64,000 nt of DNA, taken from Gonapodya sp. JEL0774. Its lineage: Eukaryota. A program made the position numbers and the translations under genes. Positions 26,925-40,400 of this stretch are shown piece by piece; positions within the stretch are counted from its first letter, which is position 1; each line of letters opens with the position of its first letter. The stretch is taken from positions 62,001 to 126,000 of the forward strand of contig JADIIX010000002.1 of NCBI GenBank assembly GCA_027604505.1, read 5' to 3'. A model generated the notes under the pieces. That model had not been told where the DNA came from, searched no databases, and was given only the letters and a program-made list of their open reading frames with translations.

Positions 26925-27974
26925 TTATTTGTTGTAGAGGAGGAAGTCCCGGAGTCCAGTCCAGGTTTCTGTTTGTGTTCCCGTGATTGCGACAGGAGTG
27001 AGTGGGGAATGGAAATGGGTACTTGATTAGGAGGTGGTGATAATCCAGACTAAACCGGAACACCAAGGAGACAATCAACTAGTCCAGCGTATTCAATAAC
27101 TTACCCGACTCGGAGTAAATGTACACCATCGATGCCGACAGTGATGGTTGCAGAAGCTCCCTGTGATGGCGGAACTGCCACATGACGGAGCCCCACAGCA
27201 GAGCTGCAAAAACAGGCCAAGTTTTGGAGGGGGTGGGTACCCGAAACTTTTGTTGAAGAATCTTGACGTAAGCGGTCAAGACCCGTCCAAAGAGATAAAA
27301 GCAAATCTGAGGTTGGTGGTTCACGACACAAGGCAGGTGTAGTCATCCGGCTGGTGAATTATAAATCAAGCTTTCCTGATTGAAAAAATCTTTGACAAAC
27401 CTGTTGATTGATGGCATTGTCTTCACCAAATATGTACCAACCCCCCAGGAATCCTGCAATAAATGTATCGTAGACCGCTTCCTTGCCACCGTGCAGCCTC
27501 CGAAGGGCAAGAAGACACGTTTTCCAAATGGTACAGAAGAATGCGAGGTTCCGGGCGTGTTGCAGGGTTGCAGTGAGGATGAATTTGATTTTGTCATAGA
27601 GCCTTGAGTGGGGAAGACATCCACCGGACAGCAATGATGAAGCGGTACATTCCAGCGTTCGGTAAGTTGATATATGCGCAGGTGGGGACATTGTTTGAAA
27701 ACAACACGTGTGTGGATCCCACTTACGGCCCATCGCGGAACAAAAACGTCATCACAAGAGCGTGTGGAAACCTGATTTTCGCTCCATATACAGCACCGCT
27801 TCGGAATCCTTTGACAATGGCCAGCCATTCCTGGTTCCTGGGGTCCAGTAAAATCTGATGGGAGATGGTGGGTTTGAAAAAGAATCACATGTAAGCGGGC
27901 ACCAGACGCCGCGCTCGGCAAACGAAAAGGCTAATATAGGCACGCACACGCTGTATCTCTTTCTGGAGAGTCAT
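26925..27974 (-). CDS. PXMP4: Peroxisomal membrane protein 4 (PMP24, Tim17 family)
   Basis: KGFRSGAVYGAKIRFPHALVMTFLF, HARNLA, AINQQI, WPVFAALLWGSVMWQF, LQPSLSASMVYIY and final exon ETWTGLRDFLLYNK*. Confidence 0.92.
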
Positions 27975-28765
27975 TCTCAGCGGAAGTTTTGTGGTTATGA
28001 GATGGTGAAGGAAAGAACCGGAAAAACGCGAGTCGGAAGCAGAGGACGGAAATGCTTGCGCACAGGGAGCTTCCACCGATTCGAAGGCCGGGGTGATGAC
28101 AAGAAAGCTGCTTGCGGGACGAATAACGACAAGTCCCGCAGTGGAAACCAAGAAAAGTGTTAAGGAAAGTGTGGAGATGAAGCGGACAAACTTTGGGCCG
28201 CGATCATCATGAGTGTGGGGGACGCATGTCAAATGTCTCAAACATTTGTATGTACGAGAAGCTGGCCCATGAGAGACTTTATGTTCTTAAATGAAAATCA
28301 CTGGTGAATTGAGTCAGCTGATTTCACAATTCAATGACGTGCCGATTTCCGTGCAGACTACATACAAATCTTCAGGATTCATATTCTGAAATAAATTTTT
28401 CTTGCTGGGAAGTCTGTACATTCCTCAAAGTGGATTGGTGGGCCCGGCAACTCCCTGCATTGAACATGCGGCCAGGCGGACTCTGCAGTCATCGACCCAT
28501 GGCGTTCACAGATTGACCCGATTTGACGATCGATCGAGACCGATTCTCGGTAAAAGCAATCTCCCATACGCCACAAGTCATTCTTTCGGCGGAAGCTGAG
28601 AAGCCGTGGGCGTGTCCTTCAATCCTGTCCATTGAACCCAGCGCACAACTGCTTCAAGTTCGTTTTCAGGTGGTAACCGTTGTTCACCCAGAAACCTGAA
28701 GAAAACTTCCGCTCTCCATATTGGGAGGCTCTCTTTTTCCATTCGGGGACTCCAGAAAGCAGGAG

Positions 28766-31520
28766 ATGGGCATCCAGGGACTTCTTCCATTGCTCGAACA
28801 AGCGAAACGGCGCATTCCGCTCTCTGACCTCGACAGTTTAACAATAGCAGTTGATGCTTATGTATGGCTGCACAAGGGGGTGATTTCGTGTTCCACGGAC
28901 CTCGCGCTAGGGAAGGAAACTAAGGCGTGAGTAAAACTAACGGAAGAGGTCGAATCAACCCCAAGCCGGAATACGCAAAGCTGAAAATCCATTTATGCAT
29001 GAAATGGTGATGGGCTCTTCTTCGTCGATGCTGCTCTCTGATTGTGACCTCTACGTTACGGACTTACTAATCCCCAATCACTTGAAGGTACGTTAAGTAC
29101 TTCATGGACAAGACAGCTCTCCTCTGTCGCAACGGCATCAAACCGTACTTCGTTTTTGACGGGGGGAATTTACCTTCAAAAATTGGGACAGAGAAAGAAC
29201 GAGCACGGTACGTCCGCCCCCAAGGTTCACAATGAACCGACATGTGTCACTGAGGTTCTTCTCGATGCGATCACCGCCACTGTCTCAGCCGCCGCCGCCA
29301 ACTCCATGCCGAGGGTATGACTCACTTCGCCGCCAAACGCATGCAGAAAGCACATGAATGCTTTATTGGAGCTGTTGACGTAACGCCGCACATGGCACAT
29401 GATGTCATCAAAGTAAGTCTTCTCCCTTTTCTGCAAGCATTTACCTTCGTCTCCTCGGAATCGAATATCCGTTCGCTCTTTGAACATATTCTTTCCCGCC
29501 AACTGAAGGAGCTCCGACGGCATCAAATCGACTACGTCGTCGCCCCATTTGAGGCAGATGCCCAGCTTTGCTACCTCGAGCGCGAGGGCATTGTCGCAGG
29601 AGTACTTACTGAAGACTCGGATCTGATAGTATTTGGGTGCAAGAGGGTGCGTTTATTGTGGGGGGTCCGCCTCCACCCATTCTCCCCCACTGCATGCAAC
29701 GCGCACACCCTTCCCCATTCGCATATTCAACCTCCATCGCCAGGTCCTCTGCAAGCTTGACAAAGACGGCCGCGTCGACGAGTACGTCTCCTCTCGTCTC
29801 TCACAAGTGCAACAAGGTGAATTTGTCCTGGGTGGCCGCTTTACCCACGACAAGTTCCGGTGGATGTGCATACTTGCTGGTTGTGACTACCTCAAAGGGA
29901 TCCCGGGCATGGGACTCAAGAAGGCGTACAGGGCTGTGAAGAACGTGAGCTCGTGGGAAGCAGTATGTATTGGAAAGGAATATGCGCAGTGCCGAAGATT
30001 GCCTGTTCGAGCTGTCCTCATCACGGCACATTGGTGTCGTCACGTTCTTACACCACAAGGCAATCCGCAGCTCTTCCTACCAGTACCGATTTCCTCAACG
30101 CTATGCAGACGAGTTCCGCCGAGCGGAGCGCACCTTTCTCTACCAGCGAGTCTTTGACCCCCGCTCGGGCCAGTTGGTTACTCTTAATGAATTGCCTGAG
30201 TCAATAAGAGCGGAGGAAATGCCGTACATCGGAGAGTGCGTTTGGGATGTAACGCATACAGAATGGTGAATCGGTTGGTTAATCCTCGTTTACAGGAACC
30301 TGCCCCCCACTGTCGCCAAAGCTATAGCCGAAGGTCGGGTCTGCCCCATTGCAAAACGGATATTTTCAGGCGAAAGCGCGGATCTTGGGGACTACGTACC
30401 GCCATCACTCGACGATGAGGAGGATGCGAATAACGGTGCCGAAGACAAAGAGAATGAGCCACCCGAACTACAATGCAACTCTGGGAGCTCGAGTGCACCG
30501 CCACAAAAACGCAAGTCGTGGCCGGGAGCGGAGTGCGGGGAGCCAGGGACGGCAAAGAGACGGAGGACAACGGAGGCATTGCGGATCGTGAACCCTGATA
30601 AGGCTGCAGAAGTGGTTGATCCCAGTATCACTAGCAAGTTTTTCGGTCCCTCGGGTGGTGCTCCAAAAGCAGTGTCTGAGAGCAGAAGCCAACATGGAAG
30701 CACGGCAGGTGCATCAAGTGGCCTCTGTCCTGACAACGGGCAGAGAGCCTTAGGACTCAGCAAACTGGGCTCCATGTCAGCCGCGGTTGCTCGTTCAGCT
30801 TCTTTCTTTGATTTGCCACCATCGTACTGCAACGTGTCGACGGAAACTCGGAACCATATGGCATTGCAGATGGACACTGCGAGCATCTCTAACGCGGACC
30901 TGGATGGTGAACTCGAGAATGATTGCGAAGAAATTGCAAGCCCCCCATTGCCTGCGTCCGCTCCGGCTGCATTACCCTCAATTTCCCATTTTACCTCACA
31001 AGAAACCGATGAACAGTCGGATCCCTGCTCTGGGCACAGCCTCTCTTCGTTGTCAACTCCACCACCAACTCTAACCTTAGAAGCCGGGACTCCGAAGGGT
31101 CTTGACGCTTTCCGGTTCTCTGGTGCTCGAACTCGGCTTTCAGACGCCAAGCCATCTGGATCTCCACGCCGACTTGGCACAGGACCGCGACTGGCACCGG
31201 CCAGGGAAACGAAACGGGACGATATGCAGAATGCTTGCACACAAAACTCTCCCGCATCTCAGTGTTCTTCTAGGGCTGTGCTGGTTGGTGGAGCTGGGCT
31301 TGAGAGGGCAAAACAGGAGGTCGCGCTTGGAATGCAGCGAAAATTTGGAGGGTCCGCCATGTCGAACAAGTTTAATGTAAGTCCTCAGAAATTGACATAT
31401 AATGATCGGATGGCTCACCCTGTTAAGTCGCATTTGCCTTCCTGTGAGCAGCTGGACAAGTTTCGTAGCACAATTGTGCCTTACGCATTCGTTATTCCCA
31501 AGCCAAAGCTCCAAGCTTGA
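28766..31520 (+). CDS. EXO1: Exonuclease 1 (XPG/Rad2 family)
   Basis: MGIQGLLPLL, AVDAYVWLHKG, VFDGGNLPSK, VVAPFEADAQL, TEDSDL, CILAGCDYL and FLYQRVFDP. Disordered C-terminal tail. Confidence 0.95.
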
Positions 31521-31807
31521 AATTTTAGACATTCGTAATTAAGACTATTGCTTCGAGCATGACAACCCCAGATTGAACAGTCTCTTGAGTGACACTTCAC
31601 TTCACGGTGTAAATAGAAAGGGAGCTAATTAAAGAGGAGTCCCCCGAACCACAGAGATACCCATATTGTTACCCACCTATAAAACGAATCCATCACGTTC
31701 AGATCCATCAAGTTCATAGCACAACACATTCTGTTTAACCGACTTTATTCCTGTGCATCGTGGAATCGCTCGTGTCTCGGGATCCCTCTGAGCTTCCTCG
31801 ACACGAG

Positions 31808-34061
31808 ATGTCTGAAATTGATTTGGACGCTGGAGAACCCGAGAGCTCCCAGCTACAACCGAATGAGTTTGATTATGAAGTCTCGCCTGATCCTCTACCG
31901 AAAGATTTTCCATTGGCTTTCTATGGTGACTGTCTGACTTCGAAAGGGAAAGGATCTGACTCCATGGAGGTGGACGGAGAAGGACCATCAGACTTGGAAT
32001 TCACAAACAAGTGTGTTTCATCTTCCACTTGTTGCTAGTTTTCCTTTGTTTGGTGTTGATCCCTTCGAATCTGTGTCGGGAATCACAATTTCAACTCGAT
32101 TCTCAGCTCACTCTTTGATCCTCCGTCCGACCAACCACAACCACAACCTGTAACTCGTACCCAAACGCCGATCGTAACAGCCAACCAGCAATTCACACTC
32201 TCTGAGAAGTCATTCACCCAACAGTATTCTGGTGTGTATTTCGCCCGCCTCGTCGCACTCAGACCAAGATGTATTGTGGAGGCAGAAAGACTCTGGGGAG
32301 AGGGGTTCCAATTCTCAGGCAACGGTGGGTGTCCGTCTTCATAAGAGCTTCCACGTAACGGAATGATCTTACGAACCCCTCTCCCCACCTCCCCCTTACA
32401 ACAGTCCATCCACCACCACGCCACATTCCGCGAATTCTGGACATCCCAAACGCTTCACTATGCTGGGTTGTTGGTACGGTCTATGTTGAGATGGCTCTGA
32501 AACCTAACATTCTGGACGAAGTGACCGCTGAAGTGGGTTCGCTACTTTCAAATCGCTTACCTTGGCTTGACTAATTGTTCTTCGATTCTATGAACATTTT
32601 TTGTGATTGGTATCCCACAAGTAGCACTGGATCGTGGCGCCCGCCCCACGCGACAAATACACATCTGACTCCGATACGGTAACACTCGAGGATGAATATG
32701 GTCGCTTAAAACTTGTCGGCCCGGCTCTGAAGAATGCAATACTGGCCACAGGCAAGTTGCGCGCTATTGCGACGCTCTTCAAACCCTCTATTAAGTGGTA
32801 CAACCGACACCAGGCGTTGTCGTGGCTGTCCTTGGCGCTGAAAATTCCTCCGGCGATTTCGAAGTTTTGGACATTGCGTATGCTGCGTGCGCCCCACAAG
32901 AACCCCATCCCACCTTTTTGAACGCAGACTCGCGGAGTCTGTCTAACTCCATGGAGCGGAAATATGTCGCTCTGATGTCTGGCCTCAACGTCGGATTGGA
33001 CTCCGCAAGTCACTTAAAGACAGAAATTATGGTCGAGTGGCTGGCAGGATGGAATGGGTCGATCAACGATCAACGTGCTGTTTCCAAGGTTGCCTGCGTA
33101 ATCGTTGCGGGCGGTCTGGTCGGTCGAGAGACTTTGAAAGAAGGAGGAAGAGAGAGTGGAGGCAAAGTTCGTGATTACTTTGACCTGGAGGATGGAGATA
33201 AAGCGGAACTGATTCATCTCGATGCTTTTGATTTAGTTCAAGAGATCAGTCAGCTCGGCTTTAGCGCAATCAACCCCCCAACCTGTTCAACTATTTGATT
33301 CTCTTTTATCCCCCATCGCCGCATCAGCACCCCTCATTTTGATGCCAGGTCCGCACGACCCAACCACCCACAGTCTGCCACAGCAACCCCTCTTAAGCGG
33401 ACTCGCGCCAGGATTGTCAAGCTGGAGTGGTACGCAGTTTGGCACCAACCCGTTCGAGTGCGTCGTTGAAGGTGTACGGTATGTTTTCGTTTCTTCTTTC
33501 TTTCTCCTTACTGCCGTGAACGTACCCGTATGCTTGGTTCAAGCCTTCTCGGACACTCTGGGCAACCGCTGCACGACCTTGCCTTTCAAACACCCACGAA
33601 CTCCCTCCTAACACTTGCCAGTCATACGCTTCGCTGGCAACACCTTGCACCTACCGCACCGGACACGTTATGGTGTTATCCTTTCAAAGGTGGTGACCCG
33701 TTCGTCATTGGTGGCAGAAGGAAGGGTAAGGGCAGAGCAACAGACCAGAACTCAGACCAAGAGCAGGGAGAAGGAGGTGTATGGTGTCCGCATGTCTTGT
33801 TCGCGGGTGGAGGGCGGGGATCGACAGTGGAAACAGCTGTTTACACAGGTGAGAAACCAACAGTAGCAAGAAAGTTGACGTTACCTGCAATCAAATTCAA
33901 ATGTTGTTGTTCCCTGCGGTTTTCCTGTGGCAGATGCGGCGACTGGGACTCGTGTCCGGATCGTAGTTGTTCCCGAGTTCTCCAAATCGGGAGTGATTGC
34001 TCTGTTGGATCTTGCGACGGGAGATGTTGCCCCTGTTTCATTCGGTGTGGAAGGGTTCTAA
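31808..34061 (+). CDS. POLD2: DNA polymerase delta regulatory subunit 2 (Pol31/Cdc1)
   Basis: QQYSGVYFARL, LKPNILDE, LEDEYGRLKL, MPGPHDPTTHSLPQQPL, TNPF and HLAPTAPDTLWCYPF...DPF. Confidence 0.93.
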
Positions 34062-34234
34062 TTTGTGGCAAATAATGGTGTTTGAAACATTTTACTTTGC
34101 AAAATATCCCAGGCGTTGTTGCGTTGTCGCGAATGAGTTCACATGCTGTTCCGCATTGTCGCCATCAGGTGATCGATCATTCTCTCAAGCACTGAGGGTA
34201 AACGACCTCGCGTGGCCAAAACAATGCTACAATA

Positions 34235-35803
34235 ATGGGGCATCAGATGAGACGAATCGAGAAACTATCGGCATCGTTCGCTGAACGATCCTCTATGCGA
34301 TCCTCAGCCCGAGAGGTGGAACTTCGCAGAGCGAACAGCAAATTTCTCCACAAACTGAATTCAGTACCAGCAGCGAAAGAAGCATCAAGCCAATTGGAAG
34401 GAAATGGGCATGCTCTCTCAATTTCAGGGGGTAACGGTCCACTCTCTGGTGATGACAAGTTGCTTTATGAGGATAGTGTAGACTATGAGAGCACTTCGTT
34501 TACGGATGAAAGTGGCTCTGGATCCGACTCATTGGACTTTGGGACGGAGTTCGAGGACATAAACACTTGGCTGTCGACAAACAGTGACAGAGTGGCACAT
34601 AGATTGGGAGAAAACGCGGACAAGTTGCTTGACAAAGTGTGAGCGCCACATGCCGGATGATGCTGTATTCGTCGAACTCGAAGAGATTTCGTGACAGACA
34701 ACAGCGCGTCGGGGCTCTTACGTCTCTGAAAACCCCCTTTACAGTGGACTCTGGACTGAGCTTTTCTCAGGGGAGTCCTGCTAGCATTGGCTCTCAGCGA
34801 GCCCCCCCCACCATCGATGCTGCATCAGTTCTGGCAGCCAAACCGGAAATAGTGCTTGCCGATCTTCGAAGGAGGTGATTACCTGTGCTCTCACTCGAAA
34901 GAAACAATACAAATTGAATAAACTTCGTAGGTTCGGCATCGAAGATCCCTTTGGTAAGCTCGAGCCATCAACGAAAGACGATCATGTCACTCTCGGAGAT
35001 GACCCAAACGCACGATTTCGAGTCGATAATTCTGGTGCCTTAGGCGACCTGGAGGAGCCGTTTTATCACTCCTTTTCACCCCGGACTGATCCGTTGCTCA
35101 AGGACCTTGGTCCTCGAGGCGACGATGCCGCAATATGGGCAACAGAAACGTTGGGAAGAGCAAGGGACCGACTATCTCTAACATATGGGATCGGATCCGA
35201 ACTAGAAGAAGGCACTTTGTACGCTGTACCACGGCAACAGGACTCCGCTTTGAAGCCGATGAATGACCTGGATCGTCAGGGTTGTTTCTCAGTGCTCCCA
35301 CCCACAGCTCTCGATTTTCAATCTGGAGTTGATAGTGCTTCCTCTTCTGATTGCTATCCGCGGCACCCTTCCCGAGTGCCGAGCCCTAATCCGGCGCCTT
35401 CTGTTGTGTCATCTGTGGGCACATCACCAGAGCGGGGTCTCCTGACAACCGGGCAGCTAGTCGGGACAAATCCTCCCCCTCTTCAGCAACCAATACCGCA
35501 AAGAATACCATCTGGTGTTAATGCCGAGGATCCCAACATGACGGTTATGGTGACTGCTGCAGTGGACTCTGATCTCATCTCGTTTGCTACGTTAATCCCA
35601 CCTCCGCTGGAACAAATAGACTTTGAAGGAGAAATGTTAAACCTGGAGCTAAAAGTTCTACGGAATAGGGAGCAGGAGCTGGTCAATGAACTTGAGTAAG
35701 TTGTGAGGCGGGGTTCAGCACAACTGCCCTATGCTCAATTGTGGCGGCCACCTGCAGGGGCATACGTGCGCAAATATCTCGCCTTTTACATTGCAAGCGG
35801 TGA
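34235..35803 (+). CDS. Hypothetical protein with short C-terminal coiled coil
   Basis: Consecutive + ORFs joinable by GT-AG introns; ends LELKVLRNREQELVNELE|GIRAQISRLLHCKR*. No domain recognised. Confidence 0.55.
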
Positions 35804-35898
35804 AAGGGTTAGCTCCGCAGTGGACATCCCTCACATCATATTGATGGTGTATACATGAACACAAATGGTAATCGGCGATTGTTCCAGCACATCACATA

Positions 35899-37274
35899 TC
35901 AAACGACATGATGTAATACCTCATTGATTATTCGATTTAATTCCTCGATGCTCATTTCAATTCCCATCAACTCTTCCTCACTCCGTCCAGCTCTCCAATG
36001 TCCGTTGTGGAGAGCGTCCACATCCAACAGCTGTCTACCTAAAACCTTTTCGATCTCCTCTACCACTATTGGAACTGCCGCTTCAATGGATGTGTCCGTG
36101 GACACCATGTGTCCGCCCTGAGGAAGTTGAGGACCGCGTCCCGCCCATAATGGGGTCTCCAGGGCGATGCTGGTGGCACCTTTCTCCGGTAAGCCACAAG
36201 CCACAATCTGGTCGAAGTACGCTAAATCTGTGGTGCAGTTTATAGCAAAGCCGTGGGACGTGACGTTGTGTGTAAGGTGGATACCTGAACGAGCAACCAC
36301 AGAGTGTTCCAGTAACGCGCATAAATTGAAAGACTTGAAGAACTCTCGCAAAACCAACCAATTGCCCCAAGTTTGTTTTCGTCATTGGCTTTACCCGTCA
36401 CCCTACTCGTACCAGCAACCCACACACCTGTGTTTTCTGTCAAGTATGCTGGAATCCCATAACGTGCTGCCACATTGATCATCATTTGCTCGAGAAGTGA
36501 AACGTAGCATCGGACAGGCAACTTTTGCGAAAGAGGATCCGTGGGCTGAGGGAATTCATTTGCGAAACCCGGGAGGCAAAACAAACTCACCCGTCCCTTC
36601 CTTCGTAATTCGTTATTATACCCGTAGCCGCCCGGAGCTGTCAAAGCCAGAATTGGATAACCGACAAGCTGTCCTGGCCCGTGATACGTAAGCTGGCCAC
36701 CTCGCTGTGTTTCATGGTAGTCAGCGCCGGTGAGCTCTCGGAGCCGTTGCCCTTCTGATGATGAAGAGGAGCCTCTTATCCTTCGACCACCAGTGTATAC
36801 AGGGTCATGTTGCACCAGGAGAATAATATCAATGGGGAGTTGAGAAGAGGTTGCAGAATGTGTCTGAAGACGAAGCTCGTGGTGGAGAAGATGCAGGTCA
36901 GCCTGCCCAGACGTGGCCATTTTCTCGGCATCTTGCATCATCGTAGTGCGACGTTTCACAAGTGCTTCCTGTAGTCTGAGTCCAGTCGCATACGGAATAC
37001 GGGGAATGTATTTGAATGCGACTGGGAGTCGTGTGAAGGCTTCTGCCGAGTCCAAGGAGTCCCAGGGTCCAGGTGGTGCATCAGCCGTCGTACATTCGTT
37101 CGACAGACTTTTCACCGTGCCGATCGAGCTCGCTGAAATGGCGGATGTCGAAACCCTGAACGACCACTCCGAAATAGCCATCGCAAGCGATCCCCATCCA
37201 AGGAAGCTTGGCACTAATGTAGAAAAACACGAAGGCAATCCAACAGTAACGCGAATCGTACGTCGTGCCGCCAT
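35899..37274 (-). CDS. LIP2: Mitochondrial octanoyltransferase (lipoate-protein ligase B)
   Basis: QHDPVYTGGRR, RGGQLTYHGPGQLVGYPIL, TGVWV, KLGAIG, TSHGFAINC and FDQIVACGL. Confidence 0.94.
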
Positions 37275-37441
37275 CCACAGATCAATATGTGTGCATGCAT
37301 ACCGGGGTTGGTGACCCGTCACTCATAGGAACTCAATCAGTCCGCAAGAACAAGAAGAATGCCTGGTACGAGAACGATTGTTTATGGTAAAAGAACAGGA
37401 ATACGGTGTATATACAGAACATGCGATACTATCTTGTGTGA

Positions 37442-40400
37442 CTACGGTTTGTCAGAATTGAGATGGCGAAACAGGTGTTCCAAGCTCGTCATAGCGCTGT
37501 TATTCGACTCTTCACCCAAAGTTCTCAAAACGCTTTCCACCTCTCGTTTGACGTCTTGAAGTTGGACGTGACTGGCACTTGACTGCCTGTCGCGGGCTGC
37601 CCTCGTAATGTCAGTGTTGAAGTGCAATGCAATGTCCCTATCCAACAACGATCCCAGTGGCTTCTCATCCGCCGTAAGGTATTGCCGAGCGCTGACGAAG
37701 TCAGTGGATGCTTCGGCGAACGGTCGAATCAGATCGAGCACAGACGAGAGTCCTACATCGTACAAAACACCGACGACACGAGCACTATGCACAGCCAAAG
37801 ACTCCATGCCTGTATACTTCACTCCCGAGCCCACGGTTCTGAGTATCTTTCTCTGATCGAGATATAGTCTGAGATAAGTTCCTATGAGGTCCGGCTCGTC
37901 CTTCGTAAGTGACTTCAGCAGTGATTCCCTCGAGAACATTTCAAGATCCACTTCAGAGTCACTGCGGAACTTGGAGCCGTGTTCACTTCCATCGCAAAAA
38001 TGTTGTGAAAAAGCTAACACCTCAGGATCGGCGGAAAAATACTTCTCCCAGTTATCGGGTGATATCACACCCGCGTCCACGATGCTCGAGCCACTCCCGG
38101 CGGTTGTCGAGTAGGAGCTAGGTAGTGTCTATTTGCCCGCAATGGGATTCGGGGTTGGACATTTCGATAGGTCACCTTAAATATTTCACATACCTCGAGA
38201 ATCTCAGGTCTTCCTACACGCCGCTCAACAAACAGAGGAGCTCCACTCTTCAAATCATTTACTGCTGCGGTACTCTCTTTGAAATCAATGTGAATCGGCT
38301 TATATGTCGGATCGCTCACAGAAATGCTTTGAATACAGTCCCACTGGGGCAGTAGAATCGGTGTCGTCAATTTTCGGCTCAGTGGCACAAAAGATTGTAC
38401 TTCCTTGGGATTCACTGCCACCCCGTTTGTGTCAGCGGAGATGGTCAACGTCACCGGAACTTGGACTCCAACTCCGGAATCAACATCTCTGGTAACCAGA
38501 ATTCTTTGCTCCACCGCAAGGGCCCACAGATGCCTGAATACCTGGGGATGTCCTCGATTGTCCATCGTGTTCAGGGGATATCTCGGAAAGAGAGCACACA
38601 GCAGAAAGGCTACTGCTTCGTTAGATGTACCGAAGGTGGCTGTACCTCCACCCAAAAAGAGGAAGCCCATTGCCATATGCGTGGCCATATGGTTCCCGTA
38701 CGTCAATTCAACCCGACCGTGTCGCTGCCGCAAGCACCGGAGGGTGTCGAGATCGCCGGTTCCGGCGAGCACGACACCCAACGATACGGCACAGACATCG
38801 ATTTGAGATCGAAGGAGAACTCGATTCAACTTGTCTGAGAAGGATACCGCTATTTTGCAATTCAGATCAGAATGTTCATGATCGACCGAGAGAAAATTTC
38901 CGAGCATACCTTTCTTGCGTTCCAATCGTCTGAATATGTCAAAACAATGAAGCAACACTCCCTTCGCAAGCGCATCTGCTGAGCCAGCGTACTTCAGACC
39001 TATTGCGAGGCATGCTCCGGCCACACAACTCCAAAACGCCTGCTGCATAGCTTGGGAATGCTGTTCCCCAATCTCAACATCCTCGTTCCCATCATCCGTC
39101 ATCCTCTTCACGTGAGCATAACCATCTCGAATAAACTGGGGTATCGTCGAAACAATCCACTGCCAAGAAGGTTGGATCGAACTCCAAAGAATGAGACTTC
39201 TACACAGAACGCGAAGCAACAGAATATCGGGGCGCGTGTAACTTAACAGTCGAACAGTGGTAGGAATATCAATTTTTGACGCAGCCTCGATGGAATCGGT
39301 TCTCAGATACAGCAATGCCAACGCTACCAATGCGCCGGGAGCACTGATATCTACACTGACCCCTTCCTCTTCGATAACTTTTGAGACGTATGATCCAGTC
39401 ATTGTAGATTCACGAGGTACAAAGAAAGGAGATTTGGGCTTCCCGTCTGGACCTCCATTATCCTGGCATCGTCCCGTGTATCGACGGAGAGCATGGAGCA
39501 TCTCAGAATCCTCTAAGCTGCGAAGATTCAAGCCTTGACCAAGTCCCATGAAGCCAAGAGCAAAGCCAGCTGCTAATGAGTATGTTTCGTGATAGTAATT
39601 TGCTGCCAGTGTCTCGGATGTGACAGTCCGCAGCTCTCGCCGCCCAATCTCGATGAGCATCCGTTTCATCATTGGCTTGTGCAGGGAGTTCAGATACAAA
39701 AGCCCCATGCCAAGTATACTGACGCTCTGCACCACTGGTGAGATGTTGATGTCTTTAAAATGTGAAGGATGTGACACTGGAATGTGCACCGACAACAGGC
39801 GTACGACATCTGTGTTCTTAGTGCCCCGGTATGCGGCTGACAGTCCCAGCAGAAGACCTATCGTAGTGAGTTCGTGATTGTTACCTAAATACGTAATCGA
39901 ATGCCAAGAGACCATTTTGCGTAAGTGACCATTGAGTCCAAGTGCCAAAAGCAATCCTGCATGCTTTTCATCGCAATCTCCTGGGCGATTGAATATTATC
40001 CACGATGCGTCAACTCCAGAACATTCCGGATGGATGCGAAGTCCTGCCGCCACACCATTGTGAAACTCGGGCCACTGCAGCATATCCACAGGCAGTGGAG
40101 TCAGGTCCAATTTCTCCACGGTATTCAGTGGAGCTACTTTGACCGAAAACACGAGTTTTGGGAAGGAGAATGGCCCGCTCAACAGGTTGTGAGTTGTGGT
40201 AGCATATGTCAGAGAAGCACGCCCGAGAGAAAGTGCACACGTCCGATGAGCTAACTGCACCAGATAATTCTGCAATTCGACCTGTTGTTCCGACCTACCA
40301 CCAAAGTAAACAGAGAGAAAGTGTTCAGATGGCACCTACAAAATCAATTTGGATAGCAATCTAAACAAATTACTACTTACTCCGCAACAACAGGCAGATC

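Noticed and set aside
28578..28844. Minus-strand ORF head-to-head with and overlapping the EXO1 start
   Set aside because: Short, no recognisable motif, and it occupies the EXO1 promoter/5' region; insufficient support.
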